This document shows, one piece after another, positions 37,979-52,320 of a stretch of 64,000 nt of DNA. The translations under genes and the position numbers were made by a program. How positions within the stretch are numbered: the stretch's first letter is position 1; the number at the start of each line of letters is the position of its first letter. Origin of the DNA: Octopus bimaculoides (taxonomy: Eukaryota); the NCBI RefSeq assembly GCF_001194135.2, contig NC_069003.1:17443973-17507972 (forward strand), read 5' to 3'. A model generated the notes under the pieces. That model was not told the origin of the DNA, searched no databases, and worked only from the letters and a program-made list of their open reading frames with translations.

Positions 37979-39336
37979 GTAAGTGAGTTTATATTTAACT
38001 ATTTAGGGGTTGATAAAATATGTACCAGTTGAGCATTGGGATCATTGAATGGACTTACTCTTTCCCCTACAATTGCTGGCCTTCTACCAACATCTGAATG
38101 AATTATTATGTTCCATCCTAAACAGAACCAGATTTGATTGCAAAAAAATAGACTTACCCAGATTATTTAATGTCTGTTTTCCATGCTGGGATGGGTTGGA
38201 TGGTTTGACATGAGCTGGGTAGCTGAAGAGCTGCCCTCAGTTCCATGTCTGTTTTGGCATGGTTTCTCAGGTTGGATGCCCTTCCTAACACTTTACAGAG
38301 TGTACTGAGTAGTTTTACACAGCACCAGTATGAGTGCTTTTACATGGCACCTGCATGGGTGCTTTTTATGTGGCACCAACACCTACACGCCCACAAAATT
38401 AGGATCATTCAGCTGAAGAGGGATGCAGGGGACAAGCCTGCATGCAAGGACAACCATGATTTTACTTAGCTTTTACTTGATATGTTTTCTTATGCACAGC
38501 AAACTGCCAGAAGCCTCAGTCTCTTGTCATCCCCTCTGTAAGGCCCAACATCTTAAGATCCTTTCTCACTACTTCATCCCACACTTTTCTAGGTCTACCC
38601 CTTCTATATGTTCCCTCCACAATTAGAGATTGGCACTTCTCGATGCAATTGTTCTCATCCATACACATTACCTAGATGTTTCTCTTTTTTTAATATAAGC
38701 ATCTAACAGCTGTCTGCTGGTGTTGTTTCTGTTGGAGCAACATTATAAGAAGACATTCCATGTGACCATGTCATGTTTGTAGAAATATTATATCTAAGAT
38801 TACATTTGCTAATCCTCATCATATTAAATTTTCCAGGCTTAAATGGGCATCCATTCCATGACCAGATGCCCTTCCTGTCACCAAGTAATGTAATATTTTC
38901 CTGTGGTTAGACAAGGCTTTTGAAGAATTTTGGAAGTGAATGGCAGTTATCACGTCAAGAAGAGACACACACACACGTGTGTGATGAACATCTTTTAGTT
39001 TCTCTTTCTCAAATCCACTGACAAGGCTTTTGTTGGCCAGGGGATTTAGTAGGGGACTCTGGCCCAAGGTGCCATGCAGTGAGATTGAACCCAAAACCAG
39101 ATGGTTGGGAAACAAATTTCTCAACCATACAGCCACGTCTGAGCCCTAACCACAATATCTTTTTTGTTCAATACCTTATTTGTGATATGTCTAACAACTT
39201 CCAACAGGCTTCATCTGTGATCACATTCTGCTCCTATCGGTGGGAGTTGATAATGATGGTGGTAATGATAATATAATAATGATGTTATGTTGTGACTGTA
39301 ATTGTAAGTCATCTGTATTTTCTGTTCTCCTTTTAG

Positions 39337-39407
39337 TGTTGGCTGAAGATGCAATTAAAGCAGCGTTAAATGATTACAAGCGAAAGAAGCAACAAACAAA
39401 GTTCTGA
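39337..39407 (+). CDS. ISCU: ISCU coding exon 5 (MLAEDAIKAALNDYKRKKQQTKF*)
   Basis: ttttag acceptor, LAEDAIKAAL.DY, then TGA. The five exons total 459 nt, giving 152 aa plus stop. Confidence 0.97.
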
Positions 39408-39596
39408 AATATTGTGGTATAAAAGAACAAAATCTGCTCTAAGCTAGATTTTCCTGCCTTTGGTCTCTCTAAGAATTATTTTAGCTGGATTTGTTGGTTT
39501 ATAATACTAATCCTTGCCTATGCCTAGCAGATCATTTCTGATCCTTTGACTTTGTACAATGAATGTTTGACTTGTGGGTGGAGCCAACATATCATT

Positions 39597-39602
39597 AATA
39601 AA
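39597..39602 (+). terminator. Candidate ISCU polyadenylation signal (AATAAA); further copies at 39703 and 39951
   Basis: First AATAAA about 190 nt after the ISCU stop. Which site is used cannot be told from sequence alone. Confidence 0.4.
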
Positions 39603-39848
39603 ATTATATATTTTAATGAGCTATTAAATATTCACACAGCTGTGTGTCTGATGATGGTGGTGGTTTTAAATGGCCAGAAGAAAATTGAAGCATCTGTATT
39701 TAAATAAAATAGGACACACAATCAAGTATGTATTTATCCGATTGGACATTCAAGTAGCTGTGCATTCAAATATACAGTAAGATATTCCAGTTCCTGTGAG
39801 TATATAATAGGACATTATTGAAGCAGTATTATATACATATATATATAA

Positions 39849-40610
39849 AAGAAAATGAGATGACAAAGGACAAAACAATTGTGTTATGAACTTCATTAGC
39901 TTCCAACTGCTTCTGCTATAAGATGCAGTGTACTCATAGTTGAGTACCTGAATAAAACCTTACAGCTTCATTGGAGCTTCAAATATGAAGTGCAATTTAT
40001 TTGAGAAAAGAATTACATTTGTGCCTATATATAGAGAAAGGCATTGCCAATGAGAAAATCAATACAAATGTGTATAAAAAAGTGTTTATCCAAAAGTTAA
40101 TTAGATCTTATTGCAGAAATATAGGTATATAAATATATATATATATATATATACAAGTAATACAAAAATACATGACGGAGGATATATCAAACTATCAATA
40201 ATTATTTATGAATATATCAATGGCCAAACATGTTATCATAAAATACATAGAAGAAGAATGTTTATAATTATGAACAAGTCACAATTATAATTAAGTGGGT
40301 TTCAAAAACACATGTTTAGAAATAGCAGTCAAAATTGCTATAAAACCACTATTATCGCTCATATTATTTCTCTTCCAGATAAAAGCTGTCTGCAGGTGAC
40401 ATGACATATAGAGTCCACAACTCAAATCCATTTATTTTTAAGTTGTGGATTCTATATGTCATGTTACCCACAGACAGCTTTTATCGTGTGGAGAAATAAT
40501 ATGAGTGATAATAGTGGCTTTATAGCAGTTCTGACTGCTATTTCTAAACATGTTTTGGAAACCCTCTTAGTTATAACTGTGACTTGTTCATAATTATAAA
40601 CATTCTTCTC

Positions 40611-40641
<31 letters not shown>

Positions 40642-40795
40642 CATGCATGCACTCAAAAACACCATGTAACTCTTTTTGAAATAAATTGCACTTCATGTTT
40701 GAATCTATGAGTCCAGTGCATCTTATTGCAGAAACAGCTGTTAGCTAATAAAGTTCATAACATAATCGTTTTGTGCTTTGTCATCTCATTTTCTT
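39849..40795. repeat. Nested long inverted repeats (foldback) 3' of ISCU
   Basis: Inner arms 40252-40422 and 40441-40609. Outer arms 39849-40018 and 40664-40795. Confidence 0.85.
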
Positions 40796-43700
40796 ATTAC
40801 CACTTCATACTCATCTAACACTTTGTTCAGGAGCATGTGTATATTCAGTTCTATACTGGGTTATTAGTCTCACAATGCCTAAGCAATATATATAAGTTCA
40901 TAATAGAAAATTGGAAGAATTATGCGTCTGCATAATAGGACATTCAAAGACATGTATTTGTACAAATAGACTATGAAACAACTGTATGTATATACATTAG
41001 AACATTGAAACAAATATATGATAGGGGTTACATACATAACTATTGTGTTTAAATATGCAATAGGACACTTAAACATGTGTATTTACATATATAATACAAC
41101 ATCCAAGCATGTGTATATGTAAATATATACTAAGATATTTGAATATGTGTGTTTTGATGATACAATAGGACATCTATGTCTTTCTTTTAAATGTGAAATA
41201 GGACATCCAGGTATCTGTATTTTTAGAATATTAAAGAGGATCTTTAAGTATCAGTATATTTAAATATGAAATAGGACATTTGAGCATATGCTTATTTAGA
41301 TATATGATTGGACATCCAAACGTCTGTATATCTGATGTAAACTAAAACATGAGCATCTGTATATTTTATATCAAATAAAGCCTTGTTTCGTTATTTTTTT
41401 AATGCTTTGTTTGTTTGTTCCAAACCTTCAACTTATAAAGTAGAACTTTTCACAAGTTCAATAGTTTTGAGCTGATGATAAACAATTGGTTCACTGGAAA
41501 TGACACACTGGTTTGCTGTAGACCTGTAACTCTGATGTATTTTATCCTGGCCACTAGTATTTTGAGTTCAAATCCCACCATGGTTGACTTTGCATTTTAT
41601 CCTTTCAGGGGTCAATATAATGTACTAGTCAAGAGCAATGAGCTGACAGAAATATTAGAATATCAGATGGGGACACATAAAAGCACCTGTTACATTCTTG
41701 GAGTGGTTGGTGTTAGGAAGGGCATCCAGCCATAGGAACCATGACAAATCAGACTGGAGTCTGGTGCAGCTTGCCAGCCCCAGTCAAACCATCCAAGCCA
41801 TCCAAGTATGGACAACAGATGCTAAATTATGATTATGATGATGTCTTGTGATATTTGTTCTGGCTCTTTGTTCTCTGAGTTCAAAATCCACCGTAGCCTG
41901 TTTGTGTGGTACCCTTTACCTAGTTTAACCTGGTTCCTCTGATTTATGTATATCACCCTTCCTTTTATCTACCTTACCTGTCTCTAAATCTCTGTGAAGG
42001 GTTACTGTCCCTCCCTCATGACTAAACCCTAAAAAAAAAAATAAGGCTTGAACCAACAAAACTTCTCCAGTTTATCCAAATCATATCTTATATTGTGTAT
42101 ACATGGTTTTGAGTTCTGTCTCACAGCATGGGACATTGAAAGAATGTCTTCTACTGTAGCCCCAAGCCAACCAAAACTTTGTGTGTGGATTTGGTAAATG
42201 GAAATTTAAAAGAAGCCCATCATTATATGTGTGTTTGTGTGCACACTTATCCAGTCATCATATGATAGTTGTAAATGAGCATCGTTGTCATGCAGACAAT
42301 GTTGTTGGCTTCCACTCTTCTGTGAAAATATCTGGCCATAGGGAAATATATTGCTTGGAAAATAGGTGAGGGTTAGTGACAGGAAGGGCATCTGGATACA
42401 GAAAATGTCTCGGCAAATTCTGACTGACCCATGCAAAGATGGAAAAATAGATGTTGCACAAGGATGTATTTGGTAGAAAATAGTACCTTCTCCTACAGAT
42501 GAGTCACTGGTTTATTACATTTATGGTGGGGAATATGACGAGAGTTGTCTTTGAAGCGAGATAAATATTATACAGGCTATTTTGAATTCAGATCACCAAT
42601 TTTCTATATATTTGCACATTCCATATATATATTTGATAGGGACAATCTCAGAATGCTGAACCTTTTGGATGAGGTGACAAAGGACCAAGTTACCTGGTGC
42701 CTTGCTGTTCTCAAGAAGACTCATCCGCTATAGCAGAAGTGTTAAGGCCATGTCCCCTGATGAGGGGTCCTGTGCTGGTGCCACATTAAAAGCACCCAGC
42801 ACACACTTCAGCCAAATCAGACTGGAACCTGGTGCAGCTCTCTGATTTGGTCAAACTGTCTAACCCATGTCAGCATAAAAAACAGGCATTAAAGTATGAT
42901 GATTTGAATAATCACAAAAACAATTGCTGATATTTAATATGCATGTTTCAAGTAGCTACCTATTCTTACTGATACCACTCATCAGTCATCACAAGAGAAG
43001 CACTTTGCTCATGATGACTAATGTCAAACGCATTCAAAATACCAGTAATTATTTGGGTGTTTATTCAAGTACATAATTCATGTTTATAACAATATAGCCA
43101 ATCCCTTCTTGTATAATATGGTTACAACACAACACTGGTATTCAAGTGGATGTTGATCTAGATACTAAGTCAAAAGTATCTGGTAAAGTGTATTCCATCA
43201 AAACACACTACCAGATATTTATGGATATACATGTGCATGTATGTATATGTGTCTTCATCATTTTAACATCAGCTTTTTCATGCTTGCATGGATCAGACAC
43301 AATTTGTTGTGGCAGATTTGCTATTCCCTGATGTCCTTCCTATTGCCCCCCCCCCCACCTATTTCCAAGCAGGGTAATATTTCCTCATGGCCAGACATAT
43401 TTTCACAGAATATTGGAAATGAATGGTGCTGTTTGTCTGACAATGACACTCATTTATGCAATGTCAAGACAGGGAGACATGGACATACTTGTACACACAT
43501 ATACATATGATGGGCTTTTTAATGTTTCCACCTACCAAATCCACTGTAATGCTTTGTTGGCTCAGGACTAGAGTAGAAGACAACATGTCCAAACCCTAAA
43601 GCATGTGGTTTTGAATTACGCAGCCATGTATGTAATTATGCAGTATACTTTAAAGTAATTACTGACAGTCAGTTCAGCTTGTCATGCCACCAGAACTAAC

Positions 43701-44147
43701 GGATATTATCATGTGCTCTTGCAGGGAAATGGAAAGTAAACTATGAATGTTAATCTTAATTTTCTCTCTTTTCTCTCTACATATTCCATTTTAGTACATA
43801 TTTTTAGTAAAGTTTTTCAAAAACCGAAACGTGTAAATGCAGTCATATAAAAGGAAAATTAAAATGTACCCAATTTGAAGAAAGTAGCATTTTTGTTCTT
43901 GTTTTTCATAACACTCGTGTGTTACCTCTAAACATTTTTTCAAATATATATATATCGTATATATGCATAAGTGTAAATGTATATATATATCATATGTACA
44001 TAAGTATATATGTGTATTATATATATATATAAATACATAAGTATATATGTGTATTATATATATATAAATACATACGTATATATGTGTATTATATATATAT
44101 AAATACATACGTATATATGTGTGTATATACATAAGTATATATATATA

Positions 44148-46306
44148 TCATCATCGTTTAACGTCCGCTTTCCATGCTAGCATGGTTTGGACGATTTGAC
44201 TGAGGACTGGTGAACCAGATGGCTATACCAGGTTCCAATCTGATTTGGCAGAGTTTCTACAGCTGGATGCCCTTCCTAACGCCAACCACTCCGAGAGTGT
44301 AGTTGGTGCTTTTATGTGCCACCGGCACGAAGGCCAGTCAGGAGGTGCTGGCAACGGCCACGCTCGAAATGGTGTATTTTATGTGCCACCTGCACAGGAG
44401 CCAGTCCAGCGGTACTGGCAACGAACTCGCTCAAATGTCTTTTTACGGAAGCCAGACAGCTGGTACTCTGGCAATGATCACACTCGGACGGTGCTCTTAG
44501 TGATCTACTGGTACAGGTGCCATCATGATTTCGCTTTCTCTTGCCCCAACAGGTCTTCACAAGCCGAGTGTAGTGTTCAATGAAGAGACGTTGGCATGGG
44601 TGCCAGTCTACAAATTTAGTTCGATTTTGATTTCACTTGCCTCAACAGGTTTTCGCAAGCGGAGTTTAGTGTCCAAAGAAGGAATGTTATGCATAAGTGG
44701 GCTAGTTACATCCCAGGCAGAGGCCTTGGATTTTGGTCTCACTTGGCTTGCCGGGTCTTCTCACACACAGCATATTTCCAAAGGTCTCGGTCAGAAGTCA
44801 TTGCCTCAGTGAGGCCTAATGTTCGGAGGTCGTGCTTCACCACCTCGTCCCAGGTTTTCCTGGGCCTGCCTCTTCCACGGGTTCCCTCAACTGCTAGGGT
44901 GTGGCACTTTTTCACACAGCTATCCTCATCCATTCTTGCAACATGTCCATACCAGCGCAATCGTCTCTCTTGCACACCACAACTGATGCTTCTTAGGTTC
45001 AACTTTTCTCTCAAGATACTTACACTCTATCAGGTATGCACACTGACATTACTCATCCATCGAAGATTACTGGCTTCATTCCTTGCAAGCTTACACATGT
45101 CCTCAGCAGTCATGGCCCATGTTTCACTGCCATGTAGCATGGCTGTTCGTACACATGCGTCATACAGTCTGCCTTTTACTCTGAGTGAGAGGCCCTTTGT
45201 CGCCAGCAGAGGTAAGAGCTCTCTGAACTTTGCCCAGGCTATTCTTATTCTAGCAGCTACACTTTCAGCGCATCCTCCCCCACTACTAACTTGGTCACCC
45301 AGATATTGGAAGCTATCAACTATGTCCAGTTTTTCTCCCTGGAATGTGACAAGTTGTTTTCTGCACATTTTCAGTGTTTATTGCACCTGAACATCTGCTA
45401 CATACAAAAACTAACTTCCTAGTTAACCTTCCTTTGATATTGCTGCACTTTTTATGTGTCCATAGCTTACACTGGGTACATCTTATAGAGTTTCTACCTA
45501 CGCCTTTTCTACAGATCGAGCAAGGTCATCTACTTGAAGGGGTTTGTGTTTTGTCTACCTTCCTACTTATTAAGACTTTGGTTTTAGCTAGGTTGACTCT
45601 AAGGCCCTTCGATTCTAGTCCTTGCTTCCACACCTGAAACTTCTCCTCTAGTTCTGATAGTGACTCAGCAATTAGTGCAAGGTCATCAGCAAAGAGGAGC
45701 TCCCAGGGGCATCCCATCTTGAATTCCTGTGTTATTGCCTGGAGGACTATGATAAATAGGAGAGAGCTGAGGACTGAACCTTGGTGGACCCCTACCTCTA
45801 CCTGGAATTCTTTACTTGTTGCCAACCCTCACCTTACTGACAGCGTCCCAGCCACTCATTTATTCCTAGTTTCTTCATTGACCACCAGATAAGGGAGCGG
45901 TGGACTCTGTCAAAGGCTTTCTCCATGTCAACAAAAGCCAGGTACAGAGGTATATCTTTGGCTAGGTATTTCTCCTGCAGCTGTCTTACCAGAAATATAG
46001 CATCAGTGGTGCTTTTCCCTGGCCCGAACCCAAACTGCATCTCATCTAAACTGACTCTCTCCCTAATTAGTTGGGCTATGACCCTCTCTGTGACTTTCAT
46101 TACCTGATCCAACAACTTGATACCTCCGTAATTGTTTGTGTCTAAAGCGTCACCTTTACCTTTGTAGCAGTTGACTATGGTGCTGCTACACCAGTCATTG
46201 GAGATGACTCCTTCATGTATCACCTGATTAATTATACAGATGATCAGGCTATAGCTGACACTGCCAGATATTTTGAGCATCTCTGCAGTGATTCCTGATG
46301 GGCCGG
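44148..46306 (-). mobile_element. Best-preserved RTE LINE in the window (RT domain plus tail)
   Basis: Near-continuous RT across a few frameshifts, with AFVDMEKAFDRV, VGVHQGSVLS, LLFADDL and LHGSETW. Confidence 0.92.
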
Positions 46307-46829
46307 GGGCCAAATGATATAAATATAAAAAAGTAAAAGATATGCAATTTAAAAATATAAAGTAGTATTTAAATATAATATATANNNNNNNNNNNNNNNN
46401 NNNNNNNNNNNTATATAAAAGTACGTATATATGTATGTACATGCAAACATATGTAGATACATATATGTTCATACATCCATAGTTACCTTTAAACATGCAT
46501 ATATATACATACATACTCACATTCGTACATACACAAATACATGCATACCTACATATTGGATCATCCTGTGGTTTTTTCAATTGTATGAAGTTGGAGGGGT
46601 CAGGATAAATTACCTGCATCAACTTGCTATAAAAGCAGGTAGTAATTTTACCTTCTCATTCTTAGTGCAAGTTTTGAAAAGTACAGTTTGATTTTAACAG
46701 TTATTTTTTCAAAGATATAATGTAAGTAACAAAGGATCATATTTTGCTTTTATGTGTTCAATAAAGGTAACAATACAATAGAAAGTGCAAGGAATATTAA
46801 TGCAGTATATGGGGATTGGACAATAAGTG

Positions 46830-47630
46830 TTAGACAGAGGAAGTAGCAGAGAAGTTTGAATTTGGTCATTCAACCATTCATCAACACCTGCATGCCATTG
46901 GAAAAGTCAGTAAATTGGGTCAATGGGTTCCTCATAAACTTTCCAAGTCTCATTGCACACAGAAAGTGAATGTGTGCTCTTCTTTGCTGTCACGAATGAA
47001 CATATTTTGGACCAAATAGTAACTGGTAACAAGAAATCGGTTCTCGATAAAAATGTCAAGCGCCAAAGACAGTGGGTAGGGAAAGGAGAAACACTGGCAC
47101 TCCAGGCTAAAGGTCTTCACCCATGTAAGGTGTTGTTTGGTGGGATATGAAAAGTTTAGTCCACTTCGAACTTTTGATCCCAAACCAAATGATAACAAAG
47201 ATCTATTTTGAGCAGCTTAAGTCAGCACTAGAAGAAAAATAACCATCTTTGGTTTCAAGACGATAGGTGTTCTTCCATCAGGATAATGCTTGGCCACATG
47301 CAGCGAGGATGACATTCCAAAGGCTGGAGCAGTTTGAATGGGAAACAATTCCCCACCCACCATATTCGCTAGACATTGTCCCATCTGATAATCATTTATT
47401 TCTTCAAAATCACTTAGATGGAAAAAATATGAATTTTGTAGATGAGGTCAGTGCTGGAGGAGTATTTTTTGTCATGGACAAGTGAATTTTGGAAGAGAGG
47501 CCTTGCAAGTCTACCAGATAGATGGAAGAGCATCGTAGAAAATGAAGGAGAGTGTATTTTAGGTTAAAAGAGAACTTAATTCAGAAAAATAGAAGTATAA
47601 AAAACTGTATTATTTATGGGATGACCCCAA
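46830..47630 (+). mobile_element. Mariner transposase remnant (DD34D)
   Basis: Peptides GKVSKLGQWVPHKLS, IVTGN and HQDNAWPH...HPPYSLDIVPSD. There are 34 residues between the last two Asp. Confidence 0.9.
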
Positions 47631-47799
47631 TACATACAAACATACATACGTACATACATAGTTATACATATGTAGTACACATGCATACATACATATATAC
47701 ATATGTAGTACATACATGCCTACTTTTGTACATAAATTCATACACATGTACATACATGCATATATACATATGTACCATACATACAGACATACATCCATA

Positions 47800-49170
47800 T
47801 GTTTAAACATTCTCTTCATGAGAATGTATCTGTCACTCGTACAATTTATAAAATAGTGCACAAAATGGTGGAGCGAGGAAAACCTTGGCATCTTCAAAGA
47901 GTGTATGATGGAAGCAAGTGCTACAGATACACGAGAAAGCTGGGAACTTCTTGTAGTATTCTCTGGCACAGGATGAATCTACTGATCTCTTGAGAATGTC
48001 AGAACTTCTTGTGTTCATTTATGGTATTAATTTGGACTTTCAAATCACAGAAGAGTTGGCATCCTTTTGCAGCATGCTTGGAACAACTGGAGAAGACATT
48101 TTCATGGAAGTGTAGAAAACTTTGCTAGGCTATAACCTTCAGTGGAATCAGCTTCAATGTGTTTACAGTTGACAGAGGAAAAAACATGGCTGGAGTGAGG
48201 AAGGGTCTTGTGGGGCAGATCAGGACTAAGCTGGAAGATATTCAACTCCTGGGTTCTGTGTTTATATACTGCATTATACATCAACAAACACTCTGTGGGA
48301 AAGAAAGATATTTCACATGTATTGAAACCAGTCATTTCTGCAGTGAACTTCATTTGGGGTCATGCATATAATCACTGCCAGTTTCAGGTTTTTCTTGAAG
48401 AAATTGATTCTGAATTCTGTGACTTGCCTTATCACGCAGCAGTGAGGTGGCTCAGCTGTGGTAAAGTCCTGTTTCATTTTTATAAACTCCAAAGAGAAAT
48501 AGATATTTTTCTTACTGAAAAGTATAGAGTTGATCCACTTCTGTCAGATTCTACCAGGCTGTCAATGTTGTAATTTTTGGTTTACATGAATGAATTGAAC
48601 TTGGAACTTCAGGGAAAGGATAACATTATCAGTGATCTCCCCAGAAGCATCAATGGATTTCAGAGAAAGCTATCATTATTTGAAGCACAACTGGAAGGAG
48701 GAAATTTCTCTCATTTTCAGTGTTTCAAAGAGTTTTGTGCTGGAATCGCAGATGTCAACCTCAAGTTTCTGGAGATTATTTACAATTTAAATAAACATTT
48801 TCTGGAGAAATTTTCAGATCTCGACAGAATTGAGAGTAACATTCTTCTGTTCCAGAATCTGTTTGACTGTAACCTTGATGATATGCCAGTCAAACTATAG
48901 TTGGTGCTCACTGATTTGCAAGCAAATGACTTGCTGAAAGAGAAGCATAGAGAAGGAAAACTTGTTGAATTTTACCTGCTTATCTGATAATGAATTTTCA
49001 AATTTGAATAAATTTGCCTGTTTTGAATAACTTATATCTGTGAAGTCAGCACATCGAGTGAGATTGACTGATGGACATTTGAAAGCAATTCTCTTGGTTG
49101 GATGCAGCAATTCTAAAGCAAATATTGATGATGTCTTAAAAGCTAAACACCTGTTTCACAAATCTTACTA
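47800..49170 (+). mobile_element. hAT (Charlie/SPIN, GTF2IRD2-like) transposase remnant
   Basis: Peptides YCIIHQQTLCGK, LPYHAAVRWLSCGKVL and MNELNLELQGK, with frameshifts. Confidence 0.88.
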
Positions 49171-49329
49171 ACATTCTTCCTACCTAGTTTGTGAGATTCA
49201 GGCATATGTGCACTGGGCGCAATATAACTATCTTTTTGCTAAAATCACCTTTATTGACAACTTTTTGGTAGATAAATATGTTGGTTATCTTTGTTTTGTG
49301 TATTTACTGTTTTGTATTGAAAATGGTTA

Positions 49330-52320
49330 TGCGGTCCATGCCTGTCATCCCCTCAAGATAGCCATGTACAGTATGAATTGCGTCCTGTCCATTCTTGCAT
49401 ATGTTTACCATTCAACAGCACATGGTATGACACTTACTTCTGCCCCTTCTTTCATAATTTAACCCTTCATCCCCTCAAAATAGCCATGTATCTCTTTTAC
49501 AGACTGAAACTTATGCGTCCCTCCTTTCATATATTTAACTCTTCATACCTACAAGGTAGACATGTGTCTCTTCTATAGCATGAAACCTTTTCTTGTCCCC
49601 TCTTTCATACTTTAACCCATCATCCCCTCAAAATAGCCATGTATCTTTTCCACTGTGTGAAACCTATTATTGTCCATTCTTTACCCCTTCATCCCCTCAA
49701 TGTAACCATGTTTCTCTTCCACAGTATGACTCCTAATCCTCTCCCTTCTTTCATACTTTAACCCTTCATCACTTCTTTTGTATGAAACACACTACTGTCT
49801 CTTTTTCATACTTTAACACTTAATCTCCTCAAGGTAGCCATGTATCCCTTCTACAGTGTGAAACATATTCTTGTCCAATGTTTCATATGTTGACCCTTCA
49901 ACACCACAAGGTAGCCATGTATCTCTACAGTATGAAATTTGGTTCTGTCCCTTTTTTCATACTTTAAACCTTCATGCCATCAAAATAGCCATGTATGTCT
50001 TGTACAATGTACAGCATGAAATCTGTTTTGGTCCCTTCATTCATACTTTAACCCTTCATCTCCTGAAGGTAGCCATGTAAATCATCTACAGTATGAAACC
50101 TGTTCCTGCCTTTTATTTCATTTTTAACCCTTCATCCCCTCAAGGTAGCCATGTGTCGTCTCTTTTAAGATATGAAAGCAACTCCTGTTCCTTCTTTCAT
50201 ATTTTAACCTTTTTTCCTCTCAAGGTAGTCATTTATTTCTGCTACATGTCTGCCTTGAGAGGAACAGGTTTCATGCTGTAAAAGAGACACCTGGCTATTT
50301 TGAGGGGATGAAGTGTCAAAGTATGAACGAAAGGACAGGTACAAGTTTCATACTGTACATGGCTATCTTGACATGTTGATGTATGAAAGAAAGGACAGGA
50401 AAGGTTTCATGCTATAGAAGAGATACATGTCTACCTTGTAGGTATGAAGAGTTAATATATAAAAGAAAGGACAGGAACAAGTTTCATCCTTTCAAGGTAG
50501 ACATATATCTCTTCTACAGTATGGCACCTTTTCTTGTCCCTTCTTTCATACATTAACCCTTCATCCCGCAAAATAGTTATGGACCTCTTCTACAGCATGA
50601 AACCTCATCCTGTCTCTTCTTTTATACTTTGAAATTTAATTCCTTGAAAATAGCCATGTGTCTCTTCAACGTGTTCTTGCCTCTTCTTTCATATATTAAC
50701 CTTTCATCCCCACAAGGTAGACATGTATCTCTTCTATAGTATGAAACCTGTTCCTGACCCTTCTTTCACACATCAAGACCTCAAAGTAGTCATGTATCTT
50801 TTGTACTTGTACCTGACTTTTCTTTCATACTTTGACACTTGATCCCTTCAAAATAGCCTCTACAGTATGAAACTTGTTCCTCTCCCTTTCTTGATACTGT
50901 AATCCTTCATCACTTCAAGCTAGCTATGTATCACTTCTTCAGTATGAAACCTGTTCCTGTCCCCTTCTTTCATACATTAACTCTTCATACCTATGAGGTA
51001 GACATTTATCTCTTCTATTGCATGAAACTTTTTCCCATCCCTTCTTTCATACTTTAAAACCCTTTGTCCCCTCAAAGTAATCATGTATCTACAGTATCAA
51101 GCCTCTTTCTACTCCTTTCATACTGTAACATTTCATCTCCTCAAGGTAGCCATGAAGCATGTATTGTCTTCAACACTTCAAGGTAGCGATATATCTCTTC
51201 TACAGCATGACACCTTTTATAAGTGACCCCTTCATCCTATCAAGGTGGCCAGGTATCTCTTCTACAGTGTGAAAACTGTTCCTGTCCGTTCTTTTATACT
51301 GTAAACCTTCATTCCCTGAAGGTAGCCAAGTATCTCTTCTACAGCATGAAACCTGTTTCTCCACCTTCTTTCATATTTCAAACCTTCAAAGTAGCCATGT
51401 TCCTGTCCATTCTTTCATCTCAAATCCATGTATCTCTTCTACAGTATGTAAACTGTTCCTGTCTCTTCATTCATATCCTAAGCCCTCATCTCCTCAAGGT
51501 AGCAATGCATCTTTTCTACAGTTACAAACCTGTTTCTGTTCACTCTTTCATAATGCTTCATTCCTTAAGGTAGCTATGTAGCAATAGTATGAAACCTATT
51601 TCCGTCCCTTTATTTCATACTTCAAAATAGCTTCATATCCTTTCTACAGCACGAAACCTCATCCTGACTCTTCTTTCATACTTTAACCTTGAATCTTGTG
51701 AAAATAGCCATTCTACAGAACGAAACCTGTTCTTACTTCTTTCATACATTAACCCTTCATCCCCACAAGGTAGACATGTACCTCTTCTACAGTATGATAC
51801 TTTCTCTCGTCCCTTTTATATTTTGCCTCTTCATCCTCTCAAAATAGCCATGTATGTACAGAGTGAAACCTATTTTGGTCCCTTCTTTCATACTTTAACC
51901 CTTCAAGGTTGCCCTGTATATTATCTAGAGTATGAAGTCTGTTCCTGTCTCTTCTTTCATATTTTAACACTTCATCCTCACAAGGTATCTCTTATACAGC
52001 ATGAAGCCTGTTCCTTCTTTCATATTTTAAAATTTTATATCCTCAATGTATGTCTCCTACAGCATGAAACCTTTTGTTGTTCCTTCTTTCATATTGCAAG
52101 CCCTCATCTTCTCAATGTAACCATGTATCTTGTCTACTTCTTTCAAATATTAACAATTCATTCCCTCAAGGTAGCCATTATCTCTTCTACAGTATGAAAC
52201 CTGTTTCTATTCCTTATTTGAAACTTCAACCTTTCATCCCCTCAAGGTAGCTATATATCTCTTCTACAGCACAAAACTTGTTCCTGTCTCTCATACTTAA
52301 CCCATCGTCTTCCAACATGA
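49330..52320. repeat. Degenerate ~76-bp tandem satellite (roughly 35-40 units) with an internal inverted block
   Basis: The consensus by eye is CCTTCTTTCATACTTTAACCCTTCATCCCCTCAAGGTAGCCATGTATCTCTTCTACAGTATGAAACCTGTTCCTGT. TAGCCATG recurs near 49835, 49911 and 49987. About 50245-50490 is in reverse orientation. Confidence 0.9.

Noticed and set aside
39648-39720. CTGATGA in the ISCU 3' UTR as a hammerhead
   Set aside because: There is no properly placed GAAA/stem III/NUH and stem II is weak.
49330-52320. Tandem array as a CRISPR-like repeat-spacer structure
   Set aside because: Whole units are homologous with no unique spacers, and the context is eukaryotic.
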